A stretch of 64,000 nucleotides of DNA, from NCBI GenBank assembly GCA_002269645.1, contig NIVC01002777.1, positions 1-64,000 of the forward strand, read 5' to 3'. The stretch's first letter is position 1. Every line of letters begins with the position of its first letter. The translations under genes and the position numbers were made by a program. This document shows positions 1 to 12,628 of this stretch, piece by piece. The notes beneath the pieces were generated by a model. The model was given only the letters and a program-made list of their open reading frames with translations. It was not told where the DNA came from and made no database searches. The stretch comes from Macrostomum lignano (taxonomy: Eukaryota).

Positions 1-1197
1 TTGAGATTGATCATCTCCACCGCGGCTTTGAATTCGAGTTTTCACGTCAAATTAACGTTGAAAGATTTCGATTTAAATGATTTTTTAAATAATACCACAC
101 GGTCAATAAAGCGTTTTTCTCCAATAACTTAGCTTGTACAAGCACGCACTGTAGCAACAGCTGACTAATGGTGTGATTGATCATTGCTTTAATCTCGGCA
201 AACTAATTCCTATGTATAGTTATACATCTATATTTATATTATAAATTTACTTCAATTTCAGTCAAATGCATTCCCTATATTCAGGAGTATTAATATACGC
301 CACAGAAGTTGATTTTTTAGACTTTAATATCCGTAATGTTGTTTGAACAAGTGTTCCGGTTTTATTATTATTTCATTAGCTGAAAAGTAATTTTAATTGG
401 GTCGGTCCTTGCAGCGGCAGAAACTATTGATAATTCAACTGAAATATGAATTTTATAAATAATACGGAACTTTAACTACTACATGGGAAATGCAGGGTGT
501 CAAAATTAGAATTGACGTGTCATGACGTCCGCTATGACACTAAAGATACCCGGTATATAAGTTATTATGAGTGATAAGCTATAGCTATAATATGTAAAGC
601 CTGCTTAAACGTGCAGTTCAGTCATTTCTGATTTCTCTCTATCATCGATAAATTGTCTGCTCTTATCAGCAACCACGAGAAGAGACAGAGAGTTGATGAA
701 GAGAGATGGGGAGGCCATTAATCAGTTAGTCCAATATAAGCGATCTGTGTGCTGTGCTTTAACCTCCCCCCCTTTAGCCGCACGGTCGATTTGGATAAAG
801 CCTAGTAGATGTACTGTATGTAAATGCGGTGCCCAGGATCAGAGCATGCAGCCTCTCTCTCCCCTGCTCCTAAGCCTCCCATCTCGCTGACATCAGCTAT
901 ATAGATTTACTAATTGCGACCTCTTCTCTGACCACATGCGAGTATTGGATCCCTACAGCACTGCAGAGCTGCGCTGAGGGCGGACTGTCTATCTCAATCT
1001 TAGCTATGTTTAGTCAATTATAATCGGTGATGGAGTTATAATACCTGATTTAATTAGCGTTTTATTAAAGCTAGACAATGTCCGATATCGTTCTCTAGAA
1101 ATTCAAACAGTCGTTTCTGTATTATTGTTCTCATCAATCTTTACAGTAACCCCTTTTTGCCATAAAATCAATCCTGTCTCTGCCTTTCGGGGTCACC

Positions 1198-1815
1198 CTG
1201 TCATTTCCCGATCCTTCCGCTGTCACTCTTCCATCCTTCCGCTGTCACTCTTCCATCCTTCCGCTGTCACTCTTCCATCCTTCCGCTGTCACTCTTTCAT
1301 CCTTCCGCTGTCACTCTTCCATCCTTCCGATGTCACTCTTCCATCCTTCCGCTGTCATTTCCCGATCCTTCCGCTGTCACTCTTCCATCCTTCCGATGTC
1401 ACTCTTCCATCCTTCCGCTGTCACTCTTCCATCCTTCCGCTGTCACTCTTCCATCCTTCCGCTGTCACTCTTCCATCCTTCCGGTGTCACTCTTCCATCC
1501 TTCCGCTGTCACTCTTCCATCCTTCCGATGTCACTCTTCCATCCTTCCGCTGTCACTCTTCCATCCTTCCGCTGTCACTCTTCCTTCCGCTGTCACTCTT
1601 CCATCCTTCCGCTGTCACTCTTCCATCCTTCCGCTGTCACTCTTCCATCCTTCCGCTGTCATTTCCCGATCCTTCCGCTGTCACTCTTCCATCCTTCCGC
1701 TGTCACTCTTCCATCCTTCCGCTGTCATTTCCCTGTCCTTCCGCTGTCATTTCCGTGTCCTTCCGCTGTCATTTCCCTATCCTTCCGCTGTCAGTTCCCT
1801 ATCATTCCGCTGTCA
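1198..1815. repeat. 22-bp minisatellite (TTCCGCTGTCACTCTTCCATCC)n
   Basis: Tandem unit read directly; it explains the repetitive ORFs at 1125-1871. Confidence 0.95.
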
Positions 1816-2562
1816 GTGGCCTATCCCTCCAGAATAATTCAATGATAATTCCGGTATCCTTCCGAGTTTAATTAATCAACTTATCCCAGGTCATTAACTT
1901 CTGCACCTCCCCCCCCCCCAGAAAAGGTCGGGCAGAACTTTAATTTTAACCAAACATCAGCAGCGCTGGGGCGAAGGGTTCCATAGAAAGGAAGGGGGAG
2001 AGAGAGAGAGAGAGAGAGAGAGAGCCCCAATTGATAAGAGTAGAAGAACATGCTTCTCGGATCAATGGCCTGAGAATCGAGGCCAGGACTAGCAGGACGC
2101 TGCGCAGAGCGGGCTGGGGCCGCATCATGGCAAATCAGAATCGAGGCGCACATAAGCCTGAGGGGCTGGGAGAGGCAGGCAGAGAGACACAGAGGTTACT
2201 GGGGATCTGGCGTGTGTTTGGTAGCCTTGAGTTTGAGCTGGAAGGATGAAGGCGGAGGCCTAGCACGCGGATGATCGTTCCTTTTTCCTCCAGCCTTGCT
2301 CTCTCTGCCCCCCCCCCAGCTCCGCTCTCTCGTCGTGGATTTTGCGAGGAATCGCGCGAATCATACAGATAGAGAGAGAAAGAGGTCACAATATTGGCCT
2401 GGCCCTATAGCCTATAGCTTAACTCCAGGCTACCAATCTCTATATAGCGTTCCCGTTGCTAAAGCCCACTATTGCTCAGGCGACTGAGCTAACCAGTGCT
2501 ATATTGTGCTTGGAAATTCAGACAGACTCCCTGCACCCGGGTGATTACTCCCGCCCGGAGCG

Positions 2563-3006
2563 ATGGAGCCGCAGATTCGCATCCAGCTGGAGCCGCCGGC
2601 TGAGGAGAGCGGCAAGGTGACGATCATTTCGCCGCCCGACATCGCCGGAGCCGCGCCGCCGGCAGTCGCTGGCGACACCGTCCAAGTTCGCCGCCAACTG
2701 TCGCCCAATTCGTCTACGTCGTCTCGATCCCGACGCTCCCGCTCGCTGCCCTCGGTGCACGAGGAGCCATCAGCGGGTGGATCGACTGCCGCAGGCGGCT
2801 GCGGCGGTGGCAGTGGCAGCGGAGTCGGGGTCGCCGATAGCGACGCCGCCGCTTCGCCCTGTAGTCGGCGCAAGCTGTCGGACTCGGTGCGTCGCCTCGC
2901 CATCGACACGATGCCGGCGCCGGTGGACCCCAACGCTAGGCAGCGGCGTCGGTCGTTTGACGCTTCGGCTCTGCAAAATTTGAGCTCCATTCAAGAGACC
3001 GAATAA
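2563..3006 (+). CDS. Putative 147-aa intrinsically disordered Ser/Arg/Gly-rich protein
   Basis: GC-rich island in AT-richer flanks. ATG in strong context (GCGATGG) with an in-frame TGA upstream at 2542-2544. Carries RSRSLP, RRRS, LPSVHEE and LSSIQE motifs. No homology recognised. Confidence 0.4.
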   Translation: MEPQIRIQLEPPAEESGKVTIISPPDIAGAAPPAVAGDTVQVRRQLSPNSSTSSRSRRSRSLPSVHEEPSAGGSTAAGGCGGGSGSGVGVADSDAAASPCSRRKLSDSVRRLAIDTMPAPVDPNARQRRRSFDASALQNLSSIQETE

Positions 3007-3517
3007 TGGGATTTTTATCCTCCTACAATTAGTCTGCGTGCGAACTTACTACTAACTTTTTGTGTAAGAATGAGGCTCTTAGCATCTTCATATGTCTGGG
3101 TTCTCTGGAAGGGAATCAGCATCTTTAAAAGGTTGTCAGGCTTCTTTTAGAGGGTCTCGGCATCGTTTGAAGAGTGTCAGCGACTAGAAAAGATTGAGCA
3201 AATTTTTAAAATGTCTCCAGTGTCAGTGTTTTTTTGAAGGCTGTCAGCATATCTACAGGGTGCCGGGGATTTCTATAAGGCTGTCGGAATCTCGGTAAAA
3301 GGCTTTAGCATCTTTATTGGGTGTCAGGGTTTTGTACTGGTAGAATGCACCAGACTAGCATCTCTAGAATGGTGTCAGAACATTTGGAAATGTTTTTGCG
3401 CATCTATAAGCTCTCTGGAGGGATGTCCGCATCTCAGCTTCTCTAGAAGGTGTTAGCACTTTTAGGATTATCAGCATCTCTATGATGTGTCAGGCTTCTC
3501 TAAAATTCTGTCAGCAT

Positions 3518-3828
3518 AGAAGGGTGTCAGCATCAATAGAAGGGTGTCGGCATCAATAGAAGGGTGTCAGTATCAATAGAAGGGTGTCAGTATCAATAGA
3601 AGGGTGTCAGTATCAATAGAAGGGTGTCAGTATCAATAGAAGGGTGTCAGTATCAATAGAAGTGTGTCAGTATCAATAGAAGGGTGTCAGCCTATCTATA
3701 AGTGTCAGCTTATCTAGAAGTGTGTCAGCATCTATAGAAGTGTGTCAGCATCTATAGAAGTGTGTCAGCATCTATAGAAGGGTGTCAGCCTATCTATAAG
3801 AGTGTCAGCTTATCTAGAAGTGTGTCAG
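3518..3828. repeat. 20-bp minisatellite (AGGGTGTCAGTATCAATAGA)n, degenerate edges
   Basis: Tandem unit read directly. Confidence 0.9.
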
Positions 3829-4439
3829 TAATCTGAGTTCTCCAAGGGAAAACTCAGACATCACTGGTTCTTCAGTGATGGCCTCTGAGTTTTAAAATAA
3901 AATTCTTATCTAGCCAGATGTCAGTCGGAAAAACCCATTTGATTATATTTATCAACCATAGCTTCACGGACAGCTATAATACACTTGAATCTGTCTATGG
4001 CGATACCTCATTCAGCGCTGTGCAAAAAGTCAAATCTTTTTGCTTAGTTTTAAATCCCTCTCTGGGCCACGCGCCTCTATCCAGCAATGTAAAGCAGATT
4101 CCAAGCATTATTGAGTCAATCCTGTTTTATCATTTATCTGCCGTGATATTTATTTGCATTAATAAACCAGATGAAACTCGCTCATCCATAGTAGATACGA
4201 GCACCCGTGACAACGTTTGTCACTTTGCTTGTGCTGCTTGTCAAATCTGTCACTGCACGACAGCTCGCGATTCATTTTTAGCAAGTTCTCTGCCGCCGGT
4301 ATTTTATCTTCCCCCTGATCCCCTGACTAGACTGCCCTCCCAGATTTTTGTTCACTTTTGTGACGTGCTGCACCCGAGGCCCTTTCTGTGCACCTGCTGA
4401 CCGGCTTCTCCGCCTCTGAGTTTATTCACTCTCCTGCAC

Positions 4440-5770
4440 TTCTCTGCTTCCTCTCGCTCCCTCTCCCTCTCCTTCTCCCTCTCCCTCTCTCTCTCTCCTT
4501 CCTCTCCCTCTCTCTCCTTCCTCTCCCTCTCCCTCTCCTTCCTCTCCCTCTTTTTGCCCCTCTCCCTCTCCTTCCTCTCCCTCTTTTTGTCCCTCTCCCT
4601 CTCCTTCCTCTCCCTCTTTTTGTCCCTCTCCCTCTCCTTCCTCTTGCTCTCGCTCTCCCTCTCACTCTCCCTCTCTCTCTCTCCCTCTCCTTCCTCTCCC
4701 TCTCCTTCCTCTCCCTCTTTTTGTCCCTCTCCCTCTCCTTCCTCTTGCTCTCGCTCTCCCTCTCGCTCTCCCTCTCCTTCCTCTCCCTCTCCCTCTCCCT
4801 CTCCTTCCTCTCCCTCTCCCTCTCCCTCTCCCTCTCCTTCCTCTCCCTCTTTCTCTCCCTCTCCTTTCTCTCCCTCTCCCTCTCCTTCTTCTCTCTCTCC
4901 CTCTCCTTCCTCTCCTTCCTCTCCCTCTTTCTCTCCCTCCCCTTCTCCTCTCCTTCCTCTCCCTCTCCTTCCTCTCCCTCTCCCTCTCCTTCCTCTCCCT
5001 CTCCCTCTCCTTCCTCTCCCTCTTTTTGTCCCTCTCCCTCTCCTTCCTCTCCCTCTTTTTGTCCCTCTCCCTCTCCTTCCTCTTGCTCTCGCTCTCCCTC
5101 TCGCTCTCCCTCTCTCTCTCTCCCTCTCCTTCCTCTCCCTCTCCTTCCTCTCCCTCTTTTTGTCCCTCTCCCTCTCCTTCCTCTTGCTCTCGCTCTCCCT
5201 CTCGCTCTCCCTCTCCTTCCTCTCCCTCTCCCTCTCCCTCTCCTTCCTCTCCCTCTCCCTCTCCCTCTCCCTCTCCCTCTCCCTCTCCTTCCTCTCCCTC
5301 TTTCTCTCCCTCTCCTTTCTCTCCCTCTCCCTCTCCTTCTTCTCCCTCTCCCTCTCCTTCCTCTCCTTCCTCTCCCTCTTTCTCTCCCTTCCCTTCTCCT
5401 CTCCTTCCTCTCCCTCTCCTTCCTCTCCCTCTCCCTCTCCTTCCTCTCCCTCTCCCTCTCCCTCTCCCTCTCCCTCTCCCTCTCCCTCTCCCTCTCCCTC
5501 TCCCTCTCCCTCTCCTCTCCCTCTCCTTCCTCTCCCTCTCCCTCTCCTTCCTCTCCCTCTTCCTGTCCCTCTCCCTCTCCTTCCTCTCCCTCTCCCTCTC
5601 CCTCTCCCTCTCCCTCTCCCTCTCCTTCCTCGCTCTCCCTCTTCTTCTTCTTCCTCTCCCTCCCATTCTCCGTCCTCTCTCTCCCCAACTCCCACTCCTT
5701 CTCCCTCCCACTCTTCTTCCTACTCCTTATCTTCTTCCCCCTTCTGCTACTCTTCCCTCTTCATCCCTCT
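4440..5770. repeat. Polypyrimidine (CTCTCC/CTT)-type low-complexity tract
   Basis: Almost pure C/T on the + strand for about 1.3 kb, with internal block duplications. Confidence 0.95.
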
Positions 5771-6104
5771 CCATCACAATCTCTCTACCTGCCTAACAAC
5801 ACGGATTTCCATCCCACCTGCCTTTTCATTCCCTTTCTCTTAAATCTAGTCAGCATAAAATTCCCTGAATTTTCGAAATCCTCCATCATTATTACCGGCT
5901 TTTGTTCTCCACAGAGAATCCGTGTTTGACTGACTGTTCGAAAACAAACACTTGACTAGACATTCGAGAACTAATCCTCCAATACAGGCTGGAACTACTT
6001 GAACGTTTCTTTTGAATGAACCGACTCAATCTGGGAAATCATTGGAATTTGAAAACAAATATTTTCTTCGAGTCACATCTTACACAGTCTGATTTTGAAT
6101 GTCA

Positions 6105-6600
6105 CTTTTAATTTCATCTCTAGTCTCACTGCTAATCTCACCACTAATCTCATGCTTAATCACACCGTTAATTTCATGCTTAGTCTCACCGTTAATCTCA
6201 TGCTTAATCAAACCATTAATCTCATGCTTAATCAAACCATTAATCTCATGCTTAATCTCACCGTTAACCTCATGCTTAATCTCACCGTTAACCTAATGCT
6301 TAGTCTCACCGTTAATCTCATGCTTAATCTCACCGTTAATCTCATGCTTAGTCTCACCGTTAATCTCATGCTTAATCAAACCATTAATCTCATGCTTAAT
6401 CTCACCGTTAACCTAATGCTTAGTCTCACCGTTAATCTCATGCTTAATCTCACCGTTAATCTCATGCTTAGTCTCACCGTTAATCTCATGCTTAATCTCA
6501 CCGGTAATCTCATGCTTAGTCTCACCGTTAACCTTACACTTAATCTCACCGTTTATTTCATGCTTAATCTCATCGATAATCTCATGCTTAATCTCACCAT
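6105..6600. repeat. 24-bp minisatellite (CTCACCGTTAATCTCATGCTTAAT)n
   Basis: Tandem unit read directly; gives the 8-aa periodic ORF 6095-6643. Confidence 0.92.
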
Positions 6601-7244
6601 TGATCTTATTTCTAGATATTATGTGTCATATCATTGCCCCTAATCACTAACTTCACCTTCATTTATTTCTCTCAGTTTCTCCTTACTCCCCGGTCTAACA
6701 CTAAAGCAGTAACCATAGAGACAAATGGAGTCGAGAGCTGGCCTGATCAATACATGCACTATATCATGTGTGTTAAAAGCAATGCCTTTGGCCTGCCAAC
6801 CAGAACCGGTGCTTGGCTATTCCGGTGGATGCTACTCTGCAATGAATATGAGGCCACTTTATAATAGTGCATTCGCTCCATAGCCGCGGATACAGCGGGT
6901 TAGGGAATTGTGGTTAGCGTTTTTTTTCTTCAAGTTTTCACTATTTGCAGAAAGAGCTGCACATCTGGCCAGTGCATTACCTGAGCTGACTGAAGCCTCT
7001 GTAGCGTATCTTGATTCGTCACGTGACTTATAGCTACGTTTCCTTATGGACTGGCTGAAATAAAAGTTTGATATTTCAATAGACTGTGAATAAAAATTAT
7101 TAGCGATGCTTGTGTTGAAGGGTATTTTAATAAGTGACTTATACTGTTTTAAGGTTCCGGTTGTTGCGTTTCTAGAATTCTAGGGTTCTAATGGTTCTTG
7201 TTCTTATGATTATTGTGGCTCTGAGGCTTTTAAAGTCATGTTTT

Positions 7245-7640
7245 TTTAGGGTTCTGGGGTTCTAGAGTTCATGGGTTCTTTGGTCTGGGGTTCTGTGGTT
7301 CCGCGGTTCTGTGGTTCTGGATTCTGTGGTTCCGCGGTTCTGTGATTCTGGGGTTCTGTGGTTCCGCGGTTCTGTGGTTCTGGGGTTCTAGGGTTCTGGG
7401 TTTCTGGGGTTCTGGGGTTCTGGGTTTCTGGGTTTCTAGGGTTTCTGGGTTTCTGGGTTCTGGAGTTCTGGGGTTCTGGGGTTCTGGGTTTCTGGGGTTC
7501 TGGGTTTCTGGGTTTCTGGGTTTCTGGGTTTCTGGGTTCTGGGGTTCTGGGGTTCTGGGGTTCTGGGGTTCTGGGGTTCTGGGTTTCTGGGGTTCTGGGG
7601 TTCTGGGGTTCTGGGGTTCTGGGGTTCTGGGGTTCTGGGT
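7245..7640. repeat. G/T-rich 8-9-bp repeat (GGGTTCTGG)n
   Basis: Tandem unit read directly. Confidence 0.9.
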
Positions 7641-8403
7641 TGTTCTATGATTTTCTAGCTCAAGGATTCTTAAAGTTTAAACGCTGAAAACCCTGGAGTA
7701 TATTCCACCCTGCTGAAAGCAATTACAAGCAGTTCCTCCATCGGAGTAGCAGTTGCCTACTCAGCAGGAGAGGGGCTGAAGTCCATGGGGATTATATCCA
7801 GAGCGAGGCGTTACTTACCATTGTCAGGCACTGGTTACTGGTGCAGACGGTGGGAAACACGTGGAAATATCATTTAGGAAGCAGGTTAGCGTGAAAAAAA
7901 GATAGAGAGAGGAACAGAGAAGCAGGGCACAGAAAAGATGGAGAGAAAGAGAGACTGGGAAGGAAAAAGTAGCCGCTCAGGTTTCGCTACTATCAGCTCA
8001 AGTGACCCGCCTCTCTTGCCCTGCAGCTCCCGGTGAGTAGGGAAAATTTTTTGTTTCATATTTTCTGTCCCTTAAACAGAAGGCTGATTTTTGAAGATGA
8101 TTGCTTTCGCAGTTCTCCCAGTGTTTGCTCTTCTCCGCGGGCAATGAAGTCATGACACAGCGAACTAATATTCAGGACTTGACTTAGCATTCTAAAGAAA
8201 ACATTTTTTGGATAAATCTATAGGCAAGTCGTGTTTTACTACTCATGCCAGTTGAACAGCAGTACGAATTGAATATGCTTAGGTTACTCGTTACACTATT
8301 CTATTTATTTCATCGTTGCGGCAATCCTAAAATTTGTTTTGCAATTAGGAAGCTTTTCAAAATGAAGGACAAAATATTATATTTCTTTGACATATACTTG
8401 TAT

Positions 8404-9290
8404 AGGGCGTCTTTAGGAAGCGGCGCCTTTAGGAAGCGGCGCCTTTAGGAAGCGGCGCCTTTAGGAAGCGGCGCCTTTAGGAAGCGGCGCCTTTAAGAAG
8501 CGGCGCCTTTAAGAAGCGGCGCCTTTAGGAAGCGGCGCCTTTAGGAAGCGGCGCCTTTAAGAAGCGGCGCCTTTAGGAAGCGGCGCCTTTAGGAAGCGGC
8601 GCCTTTAAGAAGCGGCGCCTTTAGGAAGCGGCGCCTTTAGGAAGCGGCGCCTTTAGGAAGCGGCGCCTTTAGGAAGCGGCGCCTTTAAGAAGCGGCGCCT
8701 TTAGGAAGCGGCGCCTTTAGGAAGCGGCGCCTTTAAGAAGCGGCGCCTTTAGGAAGCGGCGCCTTTAGGAAGCGGCGCCTTTAGGAAGCGGCGCCTTTAG
8801 GAAGCGGCGCCTTTAGGAAGCGGCGCCTTTAGGAAGCGGCGCCTTTAGGAAGCGGCGCCTTTAGGAAGCGGCGCCTTTAGGAAGCGGCGCCTTTAGGAAG
8901 CGGCGCCTTTAGGAAGCGGCGCCTTTAGGAAGCGGCGCCTTTAGGAAGCGGCGCCTTTAGGAAGCGGCGCCTATAGGAAGCGGCGCCTTTAAGAACGCCT
9001 TTAGGAAGCGGCGCCTTTAAGAACGCCTTTAGGAAGCGGCGCCTTTAGAAAGCGGCGCCTTTGGATAGCTATCAATCTACCATTCTTTAAGAAACGGCGC
9101 CTTCAGAAAGTGGCGCCTGTGAAAAGTGGCGTCTTTGAAAATTGGCGCCTTCGAAAAGTGGCGCCTTTGAAAAGTGGCGTCTTTGGAAATTGGCGCCTTC
9201 GAAAAGTGGCGCTTTCAAGTGGCGCTTTCAAGTGGCGCTTTCAAGTGGCGCCTTTGGAAAGTGGCGCCTTCGAAAACCGGCGCATTTAGG
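8404..9290. repeat. 16-bp minisatellite (GGCGCCTTTAGGAAGC)n with a degenerate tail
   Basis: Near-perfect copies from 8405 to about 9060; diverged GGCGCCTTTGAAAAGT variants to about 9290. Confidence 0.95.
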
Positions 9291-10029
9291 AAGCCTGATT
9301 TCAGATGAGGACGCCACTCGAATCAGTGCAATTAAAGACTTTGTAATCCGATACAGAGACAGTTTAAGCAGCAACCCCCCAGGCTCAGTGACCGAGATCG
9401 ATAGAGCTTCTATACGAAGGGTTAAATTTTTTGGTCAACACTTTGTCGTTAAACTCTCTCTCTTTTTGAGTCCACTGCTTAACCTGCAATTTTACAATAG
9501 GTAATTATACACCCCACAAACATTGGCGTCGGAAATTGCTCAATCTGACATTGCTAGCTATTTAGTTGAGAAACCGGATGGGCAGGCCTTGCTTGCGTCA
9601 GTGTCTCTGTGTGCCAATAGTCAAACAGCCCCGTAGCCTTGTCCTACTGCCGACTGATGCAATCTATTGACTGACGCAATGAGAGCCTGTTTCAAACACG
9701 GCGCCGTTTTGCTTGCGTCTGGGTTTCGCATATTCGGTCGCCCTTCTCCGGTGATCGATTGGTCGATGGTGGATGGCGGAGCTCAGCGTCCCTGCAATTA
9801 CGAGCTACCTGCCTGCGAGCTCAGTTGGCGCTGATGAGGGCGCTGGGAGGCTGTGCCTGTCAAGCAAGTTGCCCAACAGAAGCTCAGGGGAGCAACCGAG
9901 TCAGGGTTTGAAGATTCCGCAATCATGATGTCCGGGTCAGCCGCGACTCTGATCCGATGGACTGATTTCAGCCAGCCTGTGAGCATCCCAGCGCATGCTG
10001 CAGTAATAAGATTGATTGCTGGCCTGCGT

Positions 10030-11224
<1,195 letters not shown>

Positions 11225-11383
11225 AAATGCGGTACATTTTGCACTTAGGTTCAGCGCAGACACTACAGAATCTTACTTATCAGTAAGCAAGCTTCTAATT
11301 GAGACTTTATCAAGATGTCTCCCCTGTTGCAGATAACGGCAGCTAAGCGCAGTGTCTCCCTGCAGCAATCAGGCCAGCTCAAA

Positions 11384-12101
11384 TGATTGATTACCGAGCG
11401 CATTCGGCGGCAGGCGCGCTGAAATCATTGCGGACCGTCTTGTTGCCAGGCCGGTGTGGGGGGGGCGTCTCCCGCTTTTAGCGAGCAGAGCGGCGGCGAT
11501 GTCGTATCAGAAAATGGACATTCTTTCTGCATCGCAGCGAGTCCTGAAATTTCGCGAGCAGACAATATTTGCGTCGGGCCCGGTCTTAGCTCTGGGGCTG
11601 CCTTCTTAAAAAGCTTCGGCTCTAAACGATTGATTACTAACAGGCAATGTCTGCTGTTTTTAGTTTCAAAGTGAATGAGGCTGGCGCTGGCGGTGGCGGC
11701 GCCTTGGAATTTCTGTGTGAAGTTCTCCGACTGTCACACTGTACTGGGAGGAGACGCGCGGACCGCTTCTTAACAATGCGAATCGGGGACAAGGAGGCGC
11801 GGACCGCTACCAAATTGATGGATTGATTTGGTTTTTACCTGCGCCTGCGCTGCCAAAGTGTGTGTGCGCGTGTGTGTGTGGTGTGTGCGCCCGAACTCCT
11901 CCTTTGCCTTCGGATTGAACTGCAAAGGCCTTTTTTTATCGGAGCCTCGGATCAATTGGGGCTGGGTTCTTATTCTTATTAGAAAGCAGAAATTGCTAGA
12001 AGCCGACGCAGAAGCAGACTGGCCCCAAAGTGGAAGTTTCGATTCTTTCTTTAACTCTCTCTCTCTCTCTCACTCTCACTCTCGCTCGGCGCTCCCTGAG
12101 A

Positions 12102-12136
<35 letters not shown>

Positions 12137-12180
12137 CCCGCCTGCATGGCCTTCCCATCCCGCTCTGGCCAGTGATGGAT
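11384..12180. promoter_or_regulatory. Candidate Pbx/Exd-Hox1 response element cluster 3' of the Hox1 gene
   Basis: TGATTGAT at 11384, Meis/Hth-type CTGTCA at 11731, TGATGGATTG at 11816 and TGATGGAT at 12173. Motif match only. Confidence 0.3.
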
Positions 12181-12389
12181 GAGCTCGCCGGGTGACTGAT
12201 TGCCGCGCCGCTACGAACGTGTCACCAAGGCGCGGGGCTGGGGCCGAGCGGCAGCATGGAGGCCTAGGCAGCACTATCTGGATTGGAAAGCAACTTTTTC
12301 TTGCTGTAATAAATTACAAGCTTTCTGTTGCTTTTTTCAATTGATTTTTTGTGAAACCTATTGCGAATTTCATTCGTACTCCGGCTCCA

Positions 12390-12628
12390 CGGATGGGGGG
12401 CACTGGCCCCTAGCATTGAGGGATGGGGGGCACTGGCCCCTGGCATTGAGGGATGGGGGGCACTGGCCCCTAGCATTGAGGGATGGGGGGCACTGGCCCC
12501 TAGCATTGAGGGATAGGGGGCACTGGCCCCTGACATTGGGGGATGGGGGGGCACTGGCCCCTGACATTGGGGGATGGGGGGCACTGGCCCCTGACATTGA
12601 GGGATGGGGGCACTGGCTCCTGGCATTT
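12390..12628. repeat. 30-bp minisatellite (GGATGGGGGGCACTGGCCCCTAGCATTGAG)n
   Basis: About 8 copies read directly. Confidence 0.92.

Noticed and set aside
3918-4400. 160-aa ORF, and a weak GIY-YIG-like phrase on the opposite strand
   Set aside because: No recognisable family; the opposite-strand phrase is interrupted by stops.
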